Assembly (NCBI GenBank): GCA_033762915.1
Contig: JANRLD010000025.1
Span: 12,488 to 76,487, forward strand
Reading direction: 5' to 3'
DNA: 64,000 bases
Source of the DNA: Meiothermus sp.
GTDB lineage: Bacteria > Deinococcota > Deinococci > Deinococcales > Thermaceae
A program made the position numbers and the translations under genes. Shown here piece by piece: positions 36,001 to 46,359 of the stretch. A model generated the notes under the pieces. The model saw nothing but the letters and a program-made list of their open reading frames with translations, had not been told where the DNA came from and did no database searches. Position 1 is the stretch's first letter, and every line of letters begins with the position of its first letter.

Positions 36001-38925
36001 CTTCTTCTGACCCACCGGCCGCCCGAGACCGCCGGTTACGAGGCTGGCTCGGCCCGCCTGGACGGCCAGCCCATCCCCGACCCCCGGGCCGACGAGCAGG
36101 GCCGGCTCTACTTCGAGTTCGCGTTCCAGCCCAGGGGAGTCCTTACCTACAGCCTGCGCCACCGCGAGTCACTGCCAGCCCTCCAGCCGCCCACCCTGAC
36201 CCTGCGCGCCGGCGACCGCGAGGTGATGCTGCAGGGACAGGTCGGGTTCGGCGACCTGAACCGGGCCAAGCCGCTGGAAGTCAGCCGCCGCGACGGCTAC
36301 ATCCAGTCCCCCCTCCCCGGCACTATCTTCAGCGTGGATAAGGCCTCGGTCACAGTGGAGGCTCCCTTCGGCCTCGAGGTGCAGCTCCGCCTCAACGGAG
36401 AGCTGGTGGACAGCCGCAACCTGGGCCAGGGCATCTTCGACTCGACCAAGAACCTCCAGCGCCTGGAGTACTTCGGCCTGCCCCTGCGCCGCGGCCGCAA
36501 CCTGATCGAGGTCCAGACGGGCGCGGGATCCGACCGCGTGGAGGTCTTCCTGCCCGACCGACCGGTGCGCCTTGAGGCCCGCCCGGTGAGGGTACAGGCC
36601 GACGGGCGCACCCCGCTGGAGCTGGAATTGCGGGCGGTCGACGACAGCGGCCTGCCCTCGGGCTTCGGGCCGCTGACCCTTCAGAGCTCCCTCGAGCCCC
36701 TGGCTACCGACGCCTTCCCAGGCGAGTCGGGCTATCAGGTGCTGCTGCGCGACGGGCGGGCCACCCTCCTGCTCAGGCCCACCGCCACCCCCACCACCCT
36801 GCGCCTGCGCATGAGCTTCAACGACCTCAGCGCTACCCAGGAGTTCTTCGTGGGTGGCCGCCAGAGCAGCATCGGCCAGATTCAGGGCAGCGTGGGGCTG
36901 CAGTTGAGCGACGGCTGGCAGGGCTTCGGCTCCCTGCGCGGCTACCTCGAGACCCCCCTGGCCGGCGGAACCCTGCGGGCCGCCACTGACACCTCGGTGC
37001 GCTTCGAGAGCGGCCAGGCGGTGGTGGAAAACGGCCTGTCAGGCCAGACAACCCCCACCGGGCGTTTCCCGCTGACCGGCGCGGGCAATGAGGCCACCCA
37101 GCCCTTGACCTCGGCCGACCCCCTGGCCGTGCGCTACGACCAGGAGGCGTTCGGCATCGGCTATTACTCCGGGGCGCTGGCCCTGCCGGGGGTCAGCGAA
37201 CTCCCCCAGGTCACTGCATTGCGCGCAGAGAGCCGTGGCGAGCTCCAGTTGCTCGGCTTCGCTGGGGCCCTGCCGGTGACCAGTATCCGTCAGGAGATCG
37301 TGCCCGACGGCACCCGCCACTACCGCCTGGGCCAGCCCGCCCTGCCCGAGAGCGAGACCGTGATCGTGCGCACAGGGGCCTCCGAGCGGCAGCTCGAGCG
37401 CCTGCGCGACTACGTCCTGGACGCGCCCACCGGCATCCTCACGCTCTCCAGCCCGCTGTGGCCCAGCGGCCCGGACTTCCAGAATGTCCGGCTGATCATC
37501 ACCTACGCGCCGGAGAGCGCCAGCCGGGCCCCGGGCTACGGCATCGGGGTGCGCTACCGGGCCGGCGGGTTTAGCCTGGGGGCAGGCCTGGCACAGCTGC
37601 CCCTGGACAATCAGAGCCGCGACCTGCGCTACGGCCTCGAGGCCGCCTACCAGAGCCAGGACCTGAGCATCCGCCTTACCTACAGCCATGTCGCGCCAGG
37701 CACGCCGGGCAAGATGGGCTTAGATCTTGGCGGCAACTCCGACACCCTCGAGGGCAGCGCTAACCTGACCCTACAGAACCAGGTCCAAGGACAGGCCCGG
37801 GTGGCGGTCAGGCTCAGCCCCGACGATAAGCTCTCCCTCGAGCACCAGGCCTCGGACATTAACCAGAGCGGCCTGATCTACACCCGCCGGCTGAGCCCAG
37901 CGTTTAGCCTCGGCGGTGGCCTGGGGTACATCTGGGAGAGCGGCAACCTGGCCGCCCTGGCCCGCCTGGCCGCAACCGGGACCCCGCTCAACACCGAGCT
38001 GACCCACAGCCAGCCCTTGAGCCTCCAGGCTCCTGCCCAGACCCGCCTACGCAGCAACTATGCCCTCGACACCAACTTGAGCCTCGAGGCCGAGGCGGTG
38101 ACCACCTGGGGCATAGGAGTCAGCGGCGTGGTGGGGCTCAAGCAGAAGTTCGACGCCGCCAACCTCTCGCTTTCTTACCAGCTGCCTGGGGCTTCGGGCG
38201 AGGGCAACCGAGCCCGGTTCGGCCTCGAGACGCCCTTCAGCCTGAGCGACAGGCTGAGCCTTAATCTCAACGCCGGCTACGAGCAAAGCCTCAGCAGCGG
38301 CGATGCCCAGTCTGCCGCCGGGGCTGCTCTGCGCTACAAAGCCGACGACTTCAGCGCAACCCTCGGGGCCGAGGCCGCGATGGCCAGCGGGCGGCCCAAG
38401 GTGGTGCTGCGGGCGGGCGCGACTGGCCAGATCGACGACCAGCAGACCCTCTCGCTCGATACGACCTACCAGATCGTCCCCACTGCCGAGGGTCGGTTCA
38501 CCCTGTCGTACGCACTGCGCGGGCGGGACGTGAGCCTGCTTTCCTACCACCGCCTGCTGAGCGGCGGTGAGCCGGTGCTCGAGGGGGCGGTGGCCGCCAG
38601 CCTCCACCCCGACCCTCGCTTCCAGCTGCGCCCCACCGCGGCCTACCGCTTCAAGCCGCTGGACCAGGTGGGCAACACCTACCAGCTTGGCCTGGGGGCC
38701 AACTACTACCTCACCGACTGGCTGGGCCTGGGCGCGGGAGCCCACTACCAGTTCCAGCCCGGCCTCGGCCAAAGCGCCACAGCCTGGGGTCTCGAGGGCA
38801 GCCTTCGGGTGGCGGATGGGCTGTGGTTCAACGCCGGCTACACCTTCGGCGGCTTCGAGGGCCTGACCGGCGAGACCCGCGGCGGCTTCTACATCCGCCT
38901 AGACTTCTTCGGCGCGACCCGCTAG
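33019..38925 (+). CDS. Giant exported protein: Pro-rich linker, DUF11/Ig domains, C-terminal predicted outer-membrane beta-barrel
   Basis: ATGA overlap at 33019; signal peptide; PQ/PE tract; last ~500 aa are alternating G/aromatic strands ending GGFYIRLDFF. Confidence 0.8.
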   Translation: MKPGTGNREQGTGRRSSRGLSLLVPLLSFLALLMFGSALAQVRTELKGIVPGSELRWEITELRASIVVTKPTILNLQIYSPGFDPKDYRSALQGKSELGDERYDKGKGPMRASFALSRDGRVLENRGYGVEPHRWVLFFRGRVEPGVYTIASSLKGLGKNAFLYRIQTSVPESAELLVDPTLQLYDVRRSSAVSIGTIRGPNWVEPFTLEVLPGVGPFRVGIYDEDGPSEMLGRVRLPGQQVVPRQVAGDRQWSYFNVATPGIYRFGFAQAPTSRQYSNTIGFQVNACMQVRGDRFAVLPPKPVTASVVNQAGQRLEFAPTITGEQIREVTLPPLPDGYTLLRIETEGGEPLAANKARLGCAGGSVRFVVALPKVAETPVSPEPREPALTDPTPEPGQPEMVAPPAPEPIAVAPLEPLAPQPEPQPQPQPEPQPQPQPEPQPQPQPEPQPQPQPQPQPQPEPQPQPEPQPQPQPQPQVEVVAPPVKKGRLELTARLVLPTGEQSAEIGVQVGDQTVRLEGGAASLELTPGSLTLTPQVQGATVVGPSTAEVLADQTARAEFRVYPSVQLTLHADKTVLKIGEEAVLTATATTAYARLLPANLQLALPACLEPLETPRLTTPISAARQGVLRVPVRAVCRGEFPVPATLTPWGQGASVSLKVLQPLRFSLTKQALTPAVAVGGQAVYRLTVQNISDEAGPVTLRDPLAVGLLGEPLEQSLVLEPGQERSIELSALVGPEAPARIQNRAQLVNAAGEVLAESEAGVEVLRPAAVLGRTLDKRVVVPGETVEVGLTVGNDGQANLEYSLSDTIPEWLEVSNPPSFSGQLAPGQRVTHRYTATVRFGSGAEGQFEAQLRSNGGDPTATDTLRRVLVPLSKRATPERVVLGNDAAFEIEFTNPTDHPLSLELMEAPDPDLGMDIPGELRYELAPGETQRLTLPAKPKRVGPLENQVTAFVGGAPASFPTKATLMVMPVLEVQRYSLVTLEFSAQGQGERLLLTHRPPETAGYEAGSARLDGQPIPDPRADEQGRLYFEFAFQPRGVLTYSLRHRESLPALQPPTLTLRAGDREVMLQGQVGFGDLNRAKPLEVSRRDGYIQSPLPGTIFSVDKASVTVEAPFGLEVQLRLNGELVDSRNLGQGIFDSTKNLQRLEYFGLPLRRGRNLIEVQTGAGSDRVEVFLPDRPVRLEARPVRVQADGRTPLELELRAVDDSGLPSGFGPLTLQSSLEPLATDAFPGESGYQVLLRDGRATLLLRPTATPTTLRLRMSFNDLSATQEFFVGGRQSSIGQIQGSVGLQLSDGWQGFGSLRGYLETPLAGGTLRAATDTSVRFESGQAVVENGLSGQTTPTGRFPLTGAGNEATQPLTSADPLAVRYDQEAFGIGYYSGALALPGVSELPQVTALRAESRGELQLLGFAGALPVTSIRQEIVPDGTRHYRLGQPALPESETVIVRTGASERQLERLRDYVLDAPTGILTLSSPLWPSGPDFQNVRLIITYAPESASRAPGYGIGVRYRAGGFSLGAGLAQLPLDNQSRDLRYGLEAAYQSQDLSIRLTYSHVAPGTPGKMGLDLGGNSDTLEGSANLTLQNQVQGQARVAVRLSPDDKLSLEHQASDINQSGLIYTRRLSPAFSLGGGLGYIWESGNLAALARLAATGTPLNTELTHSQPLSLQAPAQTRLRSNYALDTNLSLEAEAVTTWGIGVSGVVGLKQKFDAANLSLSYQLPGASGEGNRARFGLETPFSLSDRLSLNLNAGYEQSLSSGDAQSAAGAALRYKADDFSATLGAEAAMASGRPKVVLRAGATGQIDDQQTLSLDTTYQIVPTAEGRFTLSYALRGRDVSLLSYHRLLSGGEPVLEGAVAASLHPDPRFQLRPTAAYRFKPLDQVGNTYQLGLGANYYLTDWLGLGAGAHYQFQPGLGQSATAWGLEGSLRVADGLWFNAGYTFGGFEGLTGETRGGFYIRLDFFGATR
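33028..33055 (+). repeat. Heptamer tandem repeat (GGAACAG)x4 inside the 5' end of the beta-barrel gene
   Basis: Read directly, 9 nt after the start of the ATG at 33019. Confidence 0.9.
34277..34449 (+). repeat. Coding tandem repeat encoding (PQ/PE)n
   Basis: CAGCCTGAGCCACAACCACAACCC units repeated. Confidence 0.9.
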
Positions 38926-38970
38926 ACCCCAAGCACTCCCATTGCCTCGCGAATTCAACCGCAGAAACCT

Positions 38971-41841
38971 ATGTACACACCCCTCACAAGGCAGGACTCA
39001 GGCCGGGCCCGCGCTCCCCTGGGCCTTCTCGTCATGGCGCTGCCCGCCCCCCTGACCAGAGTCTTCGCCCTCGCGTTGCTCCTCTGCAGCTTCGCTCAGG
39101 CCCAGCTCAGCTTCACCAACAGCACCACCGCCCAGACCCTAGCCAATGCCCTGGCCGGGCCTGGCGTCACAGTAGTGGCCAACTCCGCCACCCTCACCCG
39201 CGCCACCACCAACCAGAACAACACGGGCACCTTCAGCGGGGGCACCACCGGAGGCGCCGGCCCGGTGGTCGGGATCGGCTCAGGGGTGCTCCTCAACACC
39301 GGCAGCTTCGCCACCTCAGTGGCGGGGCCCAACAACCGCAAAGGCTCTTCGGCGGGCGGCAGCCAGCTCACCGACGCTGACCTGACCAGCTTGGCCGGGG
39401 CCACGGCCAACTACGACACCGTGTTGCTGACCTTCAGCGTAGTACCCAGCGGGCGCAGCCTCAACTTCCAGTACGTCTTCGGCAGCGAAGAGTACCCCGA
39501 GTATGTCTGCACCTCGTTCAACGACGCGATGGGGATCTTCGTGCGGGGCCCGGGCATCTCCGGGCCCTACGCCAACGGCGCGGTCAATGTGGCCACCCTG
39601 CCCAGCGGGGACCGGATTAGCATCAACAACATCAACGGCGGGCAGATCGGCTACCAGGGCGGGGCCACCGGGACCGGCTGTGTCCTGGGCAACAACGCCT
39701 ACTACGTCGACAACGGCGATCCCAACAACGCCACCCTGCCCAACTCGGCCCTGTTCACCAATACCCAGCTCGACGGCTTCACCCGGCCCCTGCGCAGCCG
39801 GGTCAGCGTGACCCCCGGCCAGACCTACGTCGTGAAGATCGCCATTGCCGACACCGGCGACGCGCAGTACGACTCCGCGCTGTTCATCGGGCTGATCTCG
39901 AGCCAGTCCGACTGGGGCGATGCCCCCTCCACCTACGGCACCAGCACCGCCACCAATGGCCCCCTGCACGACATCGACAGCCGGATCTTCATCGGCCCGA
40001 CCCAGCCCGACGTGGAGAACGACGGCCAACCCGGGGCGGGGGCCGACGGTGACAACCTCAACGGGACCAACGACGAGAACACCCTCACCACCTTCCCAAC
40101 CCTTACCTCGAGCACCCCCACCTACACCCTTAGCGCAATACCGTTGACCAACACCACTGGCCTACCCGCGACCCTGGCAGGATGGATCGACTTCAACCGC
40201 AACGGCCTGTTCGACGCCTCGGAGCGGGCCACCGTATCGGTGGCCAGCGGCGCCACCAGCGCCACTCTGACCTGGAGCGGGCTGAGCGGGCTTTCGATCG
40301 GGACCACCTACCTGCGCCTGCGCCTCTCCTCGGCGCTCGACTTCGTGGCCAACCCCCTCCCGACCGGCGGCTACGACGACGGCGAGGTGGAGGACTATGC
40401 ACTGAGTATCGTGTTCGGGGCGGTGGTCTCGGGCACCGTCTACAGCGACCTACAGCCCAACGGAACCCGCGACAGCGGCGAGAGCTGGAGTGGGGGCCCG
40501 ACCGTCTTCGTCAACCTGATCCAGGCCGGGACGGTGGTGCAGTCGGCCCAGGTGGCCAGCGGCGGCGGGGCCTACAGCTTCAGCGCGGTGCTACCCGGCA
40601 GCTATAGCCTGGTGCTGGGCGGCTCCATCGGCGCCACCACGCCCGCCTCGCCCGCTGGCTGGATGGCCATCAACCCCAGCCCTGCCCTCCTCAGCGTTAC
40701 GGTCACCGCAAGCAACATGCCCAACCAGAACTTCGGCCTGTTTAACGGCTATCGCCTCGCGGGCCTGGTTTTCCGAGACGACGGGCGGGGCGGCGGGACC
40801 GCCAACAACGCCCTGCAAGACGGCGGCGAGCCGGGCTTGGGGGGCGTCACCTTGACCGCCACCGCAGGCCCCAGCACCCGCTCGGCCGCGACCGACGCCA
40901 CCGGGGCCTACGACCTCTACATCCCCGCCAGCTTCTCCAGCGTAACCCTGGGCCACGCTCAGACCCCGGCCACCGGCCACAACAACGCCGGATCGGCCGT
41001 CACGCTGGCCTCGAGCTTCTCCGACCCCGCCGCGAGGCAGCGCAGCCTGGGCACCCTGGCCAACGGCTCGAGCTACTCCTACAACTTCGGGGTGGTATGG
41101 GCCTCGGAGCTCCGCCCCGACCAGAGCGGCCAGGCCACCAGCCCCGGCATCGCCACCTACCGCCACACCTTCCGCCCCGGCACCCTTGGCAGTCTCTCGC
41201 TCGCCGCCACCGGCGCACTGACCTACCGCATCCGCCGTGCCGCCGGCTGCACCGCCCTGGCCCCCTCCGACACCCTGCAGCCGCTGCCCCTCTCTGTGGT
41301 CGTCGACGCCGCCTGGCCCCGCGACCCCAATGGCCGTCTCAGCGCCTGCGAACTCGAGCTGCTGGTCCTGGTGCCCGCCGGACGGCCCAGCGGCGCGGTG
41401 GACATCGCCCAACTTACCAGCAGCCTGACCTGGGCCGGCAACGCGAGCGTGACGGAACAGCGCAACGTCATCGACACCACCACCGTCGTGGCCCAGGGCG
41501 CTCTCCGCCTTGAAAAGGCCGTCCGCAACGTCACCCAGAACGTCCCCGCCGCCGGCGCCTATACCACCAACGTTGCCGGGCGCCCCGGCGACACCCTCGA
41601 GTACTGCATCGCCTTTCGCAACCCCGGCGCCGCCGCCGTCAGCAGCGCCGTCCTCACCGACCCCATCCCCTTCTTCACCAACTACACCGCTTCCTCCCTC
41701 CGCCTCGGCGCCACCGCCCTCTCCGACGCCGCCGACGCCGACGCCGGCGAGCTGGTGAGCGGCCTCTACGTCCTGGTTCGCCTCGGCAACCTTACGGCAG
41801 GCCAGACCGGACAGGTCTGCTACCGCGTGACAGTGCGCTGA
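38971..41841 (+). CDS. Adhesin-like protein: choice-of-anchor-L-like + GEVED + SdrD-B + shared C-terminal module
   Basis: YVFGSEEYPEY..FND, IADTGD..YDSALF, DWGDAP..Y, WIDFNRNG and GEVEDY motifs; start may be ATG 39034. Confidence 0.8.
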   Translation: MYTPLTRQDSGRARAPLGLLVMALPAPLTRVFALALLLCSFAQAQLSFTNSTTAQTLANALAGPGVTVVANSATLTRATTNQNNTGTFSGGTTGGAGPVVGIGSGVLLNTGSFATSVAGPNNRKGSSAGGSQLTDADLTSLAGATANYDTVLLTFSVVPSGRSLNFQYVFGSEEYPEYVCTSFNDAMGIFVRGPGISGPYANGAVNVATLPSGDRISINNINGGQIGYQGGATGTGCVLGNNAYYVDNGDPNNATLPNSALFTNTQLDGFTRPLRSRVSVTPGQTYVVKIAIADTGDAQYDSALFIGLISSQSDWGDAPSTYGTSTATNGPLHDIDSRIFIGPTQPDVENDGQPGAGADGDNLNGTNDENTLTTFPTLTSSTPTYTLSAIPLTNTTGLPATLAGWIDFNRNGLFDASERATVSVASGATSATLTWSGLSGLSIGTTYLRLRLSSALDFVANPLPTGGYDDGEVEDYALSIVFGAVVSGTVYSDLQPNGTRDSGESWSGGPTVFVNLIQAGTVVQSAQVASGGGAYSFSAVLPGSYSLVLGGSIGATTPASPAGWMAINPSPALLSVTVTASNMPNQNFGLFNGYRLAGLVFRDDGRGGGTANNALQDGGEPGLGGVTLTATAGPSTRSAATDATGAYDLYIPASFSSVTLGHAQTPATGHNNAGSAVTLASSFSDPAARQRSLGTLANGSSYSYNFGVVWASELRPDQSGQATSPGIATYRHTFRPGTLGSLSLAATGALTYRIRRAAGCTALAPSDTLQPLPLSVVVDAAWPRDPNGRLSACELELLVLVPAGRPSGAVDIAQLTSSLTWAGNASVTEQRNVIDTTTVVAQGALRLEKAVRNVTQNVPAAGAYTTNVAGRPGDTLEYCIAFRNPGAAAVSSAVLTDPIPFFTNYTASSLRLGATALSDAADADAGELVSGLYVLVRLGNLTAGQTGQVCYRVTVR

Positions 41842-42062
41842 CCCACGCCCTCTCGAGGCCCAACCCCATGGCCTGAAGCGCGTTATCTGGCTTTGTGATC
41901 AACCTACTATTGAGCGGTCCAAATAACCACGACCAAGCCCGTCTAGCACGTAAATTTAGTGTGGATGTCGACGATTTCGACCACACGTACGGCTCTTTCA
42001 GCTTCAACATTACCTCAAGTGCCGTCTGGTAGCCGGCTCGAGCCCGGAGGAGCGCCGCCACG

Positions 42063-45000
42063 ATGATGCCTAAAACCGCCGGCGGATGGCCCGGGCTGGC
42101 GGTCGGGCTGGTGCTTATCGCCCTGACAGGGCTGTCCGGGCCAGCCTCGGCCCAGGCCACCAATTTCTGCGCCAACGCCGGGGGCACCCGCAGCGCCAAC
42201 CTCTTCGCCCTCGACGGAACCTTCGGCACCGCCCCGGCCGGCACCCAGGCCCCCACCCTAACCAGTTCCACCAACCCCACCCCCACCGTCACCCCCCTGA
42301 GGTACGCGATGAGCACAGTGCCGGGCGTGACCGGGGGTTTGGACGCCCAGGGACGCCCCATCGGCACCACCACCTACGCCCTCAACAACCGGTCCACGGT
42401 AAACTTCCCCGGCAACTATAGCCCCGAGGACGGTGAGTACGAGATCACCAACAGCTCCTACAGCCGCCAGGACGGAGCCTGGCACCGTTTCATCGGCGGG
42501 CGTAACACCGGCAACGAGCGCGACCTGTTCATGTTCATCAACGCGGCCGTGGCGGCGGGGGTCTTCTACGAGCAGACCCTCACCGTCACCCCCAACACCA
42601 ACTTCGAGTTCAGCATCTCGATCATCAACCTGATCGCCAACAACTCCTCCATCGTGCCCAACGTAAACCTCGAGATCGACCGACTGGGGGTGGACGACAA
42701 CAACAACGGCACCGTCGACGAGAGCGGCGAAGCCCAGACCATCGTCCTTACCGGCAACATCCCCAACAGCAACACGCCCATCTGGCGCGACTACGGCGGG
42801 GTCATCAACTCGGGCGCCTCCAACCGCATCACAGTGCGCTTCCGCAATAACGCCCCCGGCGGCGGCGGCAACGACCTGGCCATCGACAACCTGCAGTTCA
42901 CCAGCTGCACCGGGCTGAGTACCGGCAACATCTCAGGCCGGGTCTATCTCGACCAGAACGCCAACAACACCTCCGACGCCGGCGAGCCCGGCTACGGCCC
43001 CAACGTGGCGGTCTCGCTGATCGGCAAGGATCAAAACCTGAACGACTTCATCGTGGCCACCGCCCAGACCGCAGCCGACGGCAGCTACAGCTTTGTCAAC
43101 GTCCCCGCCGGGACCTACACCGTGGCGGTCCCCCAGAACGAGCCCCAGCTCAACCAGGCCAACCCCCGCAACCCCAGCACCACCGCCGTCATCAACTCCG
43201 TCACCTATGTAACCCGCCCCAGCACGGTGGTGGGCCTGGGGACCAGCCTGACCAACCAGAACTTCGGCTTTGGCCCGGCCCCCATCTCGCTCCAGAAGAC
43301 CGCCAACGCCAACTCCAGCACCGACGCCATCGGCAGCGTGATCACCGCCGCCGCCGTGGGGAACACCTTCCAGTACACCCTGCGGGTCACCAACAACACT
43401 GGCACCAACCTCAGCAGCACCTCGCTTCGCCTGATGGACGCCCTGCCCGCGGGGTTGACCTACGTCACCGGCTCGCTACAGATGGCTCTGGTGACCACCG
43501 GCAGCCCCACTTTCAGCAGCGTCAACGACGGCGGCAGCTACCCCTTCACCGAGCCCAGCGGGCGTCTTTTGGGGCGCAACGTGGGCACCAGCACCAGCAG
43601 CTTCAACAATGGCAACCTCAACAGCGGCGAGACCCTGATCGTACGCTTCAGGGTCACCGTGGCCAGCGGCCCGCCGCCACAAATCTCCAACCAGGGCCGC
43701 ATCACCTACACCATCAGTTCGGTCTCGCGGAACGTCCTTAGCGACGATCCCAACGTGGCCGGTTTTGCCGACCCAGCGGTGGTTGTGGTGGGGGCCAACC
43801 TAACCGTCTCCAAGGTCGCCGATCTGGCCTCGGTCAGCCCCGGCTCGACCCTGCGCTACACCATCACTCTGGTCAACAACGGCGCGCTCCCAACCACCGC
43901 CCTGACCCTCCAAGACCCTCTGCCCGCCGGCCTGACCTACGTACCCAACAGCGCCGAAGCGGCCATCGGGAGCACCCCAGCCAGTTTCACCCCGCTGAAC
44001 GCCTCGAGCTACCCCTTCGCGACGGCACGAACCATGGGCAACAACGTCTCCTCGGGCGGCTTCAACAACAACACCCTGGCGGTGGGCGAGACCCTCACCG
44101 TGCGCTTCAGGGTCACAGTCGCGGACACCGCCACCGGGCTGGGCCAGGCCACCAGCCTGTCCAACCAGGCCTCGACCGTGTTCAACTACACCGGCGGCAG
44201 CCCGACCACCGTACCCTCCGACGACCCCGCCTTCGGCGGCCCCAGCGACCCCACCATCACGCCAGTCCAGTACCCTGACTTGACCATCCAGAAGACCGCC
44301 GCCGCCACCTTCTGGCAGGGCAACAACTCAAGCTACACCCTTACCGTCTCCAACACCGCCGGTTCACCGGCCAGCCTGGGGACCGTAAGCGTGACCGACG
44401 TGCTTGACGCTAGTCTCAACTACGTCTCGGCGGGCGGCAGCGGCTGGAGTTGTGCCTATACTGCGGCCACCCGCACCGTGGCCTGCACCCGCTCGGACGC
44501 CCTGAGCGGGGGTAGCGCCTACCCCGGCATCACCTTGACCGTGGTGCCCACCGCAGCCGGGCCGGTACCCAACACCGCCGGCGTAGCCAACGGAGCCGAC
44601 AACAACAGCGCCAACAACACCTCCACCCTCTCCCTGAGCGTCCAGGCCACCTACACCCTCTCCGGCAATGTGTTCGCTGACGCCAACGCCAACGGCCTGC
44701 GCGAGGGCGGCGAGGCTGGGCTGGCCGGCGTGACCGTCGCGCTGGGCGGGGCGGCTGCGCGCACCGCACTCACCGACAGCTCGGGCAACTACGCCTTCAC
44801 CTTCCTGATCCCCGGGAGCTACACCCTCACCCAGACCGACCTGCCCGGATACATCTCCATCACCCCCAACCTGCTGGGCGTGAGCCTGGGCAACGCCGAC
44901 CTGGGCAACCAGAACTTCGCCGACTTCCTGGGCTACCGGCTGAGCGGCACCGTCTTCCGCGACGACGGGCGCGGCGGTGGAACGGCCAACAACGCTCTGC

Positions 45001-46025
45001 AGGACGGCGGCGAACCCGGCATCGGCGGGGTGACCGTCTCGGCGGTGGGGGCCACCACCCGCACCGCCAGCACCGACGCCAGCGGCGGTTTTAGCCTGCT
45101 GATCCCCAGCGGCTTTGGCAATTTCACCCTCTCCCAGCCCCAGGGTCCTGCCACCGGCTCTAACGTCGGCGGCACCGCGGTTCAGCTGGCCGCCGGCTAC
45201 AACAGCGCGGTGGCCCGTCAGCGAGCCGTAACCGCCCTACCCAACGGCTCGAGCAACTCGGGCTACAACTTCGGGGTGGTATGGGCCTCGGAGCTCCGCC
45301 CCGACCAGAGCGGCCAGGCCACCAGCCCCGGTGTCGCCGCCTATCGCCACACCTTCCGCCCCGGCACGCTCGGCAGTGCAAGCCTGACCGTCAGCGGCGC
45401 CTTCACTTACCAGATCCGCCGCGCCGCTGGATGCACCGCCCTGGCACCCTCCGACGCCCTGCGGCCCGTGCCCCTCTCCCTGGTCGTCGACTCCACCTGG
45501 CCCCGCGACCCCGACGGCCGCCTCAGCGCCTGCGAGCTCGAGCTGCTGGTCCTGGTCCCCGCCGGCCGGCCCGGCGGCTCCGTCGACATCGCCCAGCTTT
45601 CGGCGTCCCTAACCTGGGCCGGCAACGCAAGCGTGACCGACCAGCGCACCGCGACCGACACCACCACCGTCGCCGCGACGGGCGCTCTGCGCTTGAGCAA
45701 GGTGGTGCGCAACGTCACCCAGAACATTCCCGCTGCTGGCGCATATGCCACCAACGTCGCTGGCCGCCCCGGCGACACCCTCGAGTACTGCATCGCCTTC
45801 CGCAACTCCGGCGCCGCTGCCGTCAGCAGCGCCGTCCTCACTGACCCCATCCCCTTCTTCACCAACTACGCCCCGGGCACCCTCCGCCTCGACTCCGCAC
45901 CGCTCACCGATACCGCCGACGCCGACACCGGCGAGCTGGTGGGCACCCTCTACGTTCTGGTTCGCCTCGGCACCCTGACCGCAGGCCAGACCGGACAGGT
46001 CTGCTACCGCGTCACCATCCGCTGA
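42063..46025 (+). CDS. Adhesin-like protein: jelly-roll head + SdrD-B + DUF11 repeats + shared C-terminal module
   Basis: Signal peptide; PGGGGNDLAIDNLQF; SGRVYLDQNAN; several K..YT...N..D.LP repeats; GGAGG RBS. Confidence 0.8.
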   Translation: MMPKTAGGWPGLAVGLVLIALTGLSGPASAQATNFCANAGGTRSANLFALDGTFGTAPAGTQAPTLTSSTNPTPTVTPLRYAMSTVPGVTGGLDAQGRPIGTTTYALNNRSTVNFPGNYSPEDGEYEITNSSYSRQDGAWHRFIGGRNTGNERDLFMFINAAVAAGVFYEQTLTVTPNTNFEFSISIINLIANNSSIVPNVNLEIDRLGVDDNNNGTVDESGEAQTIVLTGNIPNSNTPIWRDYGGVINSGASNRITVRFRNNAPGGGGNDLAIDNLQFTSCTGLSTGNISGRVYLDQNANNTSDAGEPGYGPNVAVSLIGKDQNLNDFIVATAQTAADGSYSFVNVPAGTYTVAVPQNEPQLNQANPRNPSTTAVINSVTYVTRPSTVVGLGTSLTNQNFGFGPAPISLQKTANANSSTDAIGSVITAAAVGNTFQYTLRVTNNTGTNLSSTSLRLMDALPAGLTYVTGSLQMALVTTGSPTFSSVNDGGSYPFTEPSGRLLGRNVGTSTSSFNNGNLNSGETLIVRFRVTVASGPPPQISNQGRITYTISSVSRNVLSDDPNVAGFADPAVVVVGANLTVSKVADLASVSPGSTLRYTITLVNNGALPTTALTLQDPLPAGLTYVPNSAEAAIGSTPASFTPLNASSYPFATARTMGNNVSSGGFNNNTLAVGETLTVRFRVTVADTATGLGQATSLSNQASTVFNYTGGSPTTVPSDDPAFGGPSDPTITPVQYPDLTIQKTAAATFWQGNNSSYTLTVSNTAGSPASLGTVSVTDVLDASLNYVSAGGSGWSCAYTAATRTVACTRSDALSGGSAYPGITLTVVPTAAGPVPNTAGVANGADNNSANNTSTLSLSVQATYTLSGNVFADANANGLREGGEAGLAGVTVALGGAAARTALTDSSGNYAFTFLIPGSYTLTQTDLPGYISITPNLLGVSLGNADLGNQNFADFLGYRLSGTVFRDDGRGGGTANNALQDGGEPGIGGVTVSAVGATTRTASTDASGGFSLLIPSGFGNFTLSQPQGPATGSNVGGTAVQLAAGYNSAVARQRAVTALPNGSSNSGYNFGVVWASELRPDQSGQATSPGVAAYRHTFRPGTLGSASLTVSGAFTYQIRRAAGCTALAPSDALRPVPLSLVVDSTWPRDPDGRLSACELELLVLVPAGRPGGSVDIAQLSASLTWAGNASVTDQRTATDTTTVAATGALRLSKVVRNVTQNIPAAGAYATNVAGRPGDTLEYCIAFRNSGAAAVSSAVLTDPIPFFTNYAPGTLRLDSAPLTDTADADTGELVGTLYVLVRLGTLTAGQTGQVCYRVTIR

Positions 46026-46039
46026 GTTGCGCGACAGTG

Positions 46040-46106
46040 ACAGCGGTTCCCACCATTACCCCGCACATCCGAGTCTCTGCGTGCGGGGTATTCGTGGGAC
46101 CGCTGT
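46040..46106. repeat. REP/MITE-like element copy 3
   Basis: ACAGCGGTTCCCAC...GTGGGACCGCTGT; nearly the reverse complement of copy 4. Confidence 0.75.
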
Positions 46107-46294
46107 GAGTTTGCGAAACCCTCCACGCGACCTCGGCAGCGAGCAGCCTGCAGGCGCAATTCTCTATAGGCTACCGGCCGAGATTTCGCATCTCGACCAT
46201 GGAGACACTTATACACCCTCGAGCAAGACTCACAGCCCGAGACACCGGCGTTAAGGATCGGAATCCCAGCAAGCCACAAATAACCAATAATTGA

Positions 46295-46359
46295 AATGTA
46301 TCCCAGTTACATTAGGCTCAATGTTTTACTTTGTAGATCAGTCACATTTTAGCTACCAT
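46295..46359 (+). promoter_or_regulatory. Putative separate promoter/operator for the last adhesin gene
   Basis: AT-rich island; two TGTA-NNN-CAGT-Y-ACATT boxes (46297, 46332); TTGTAG-N17-TACCAT. Confidence 0.45.
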
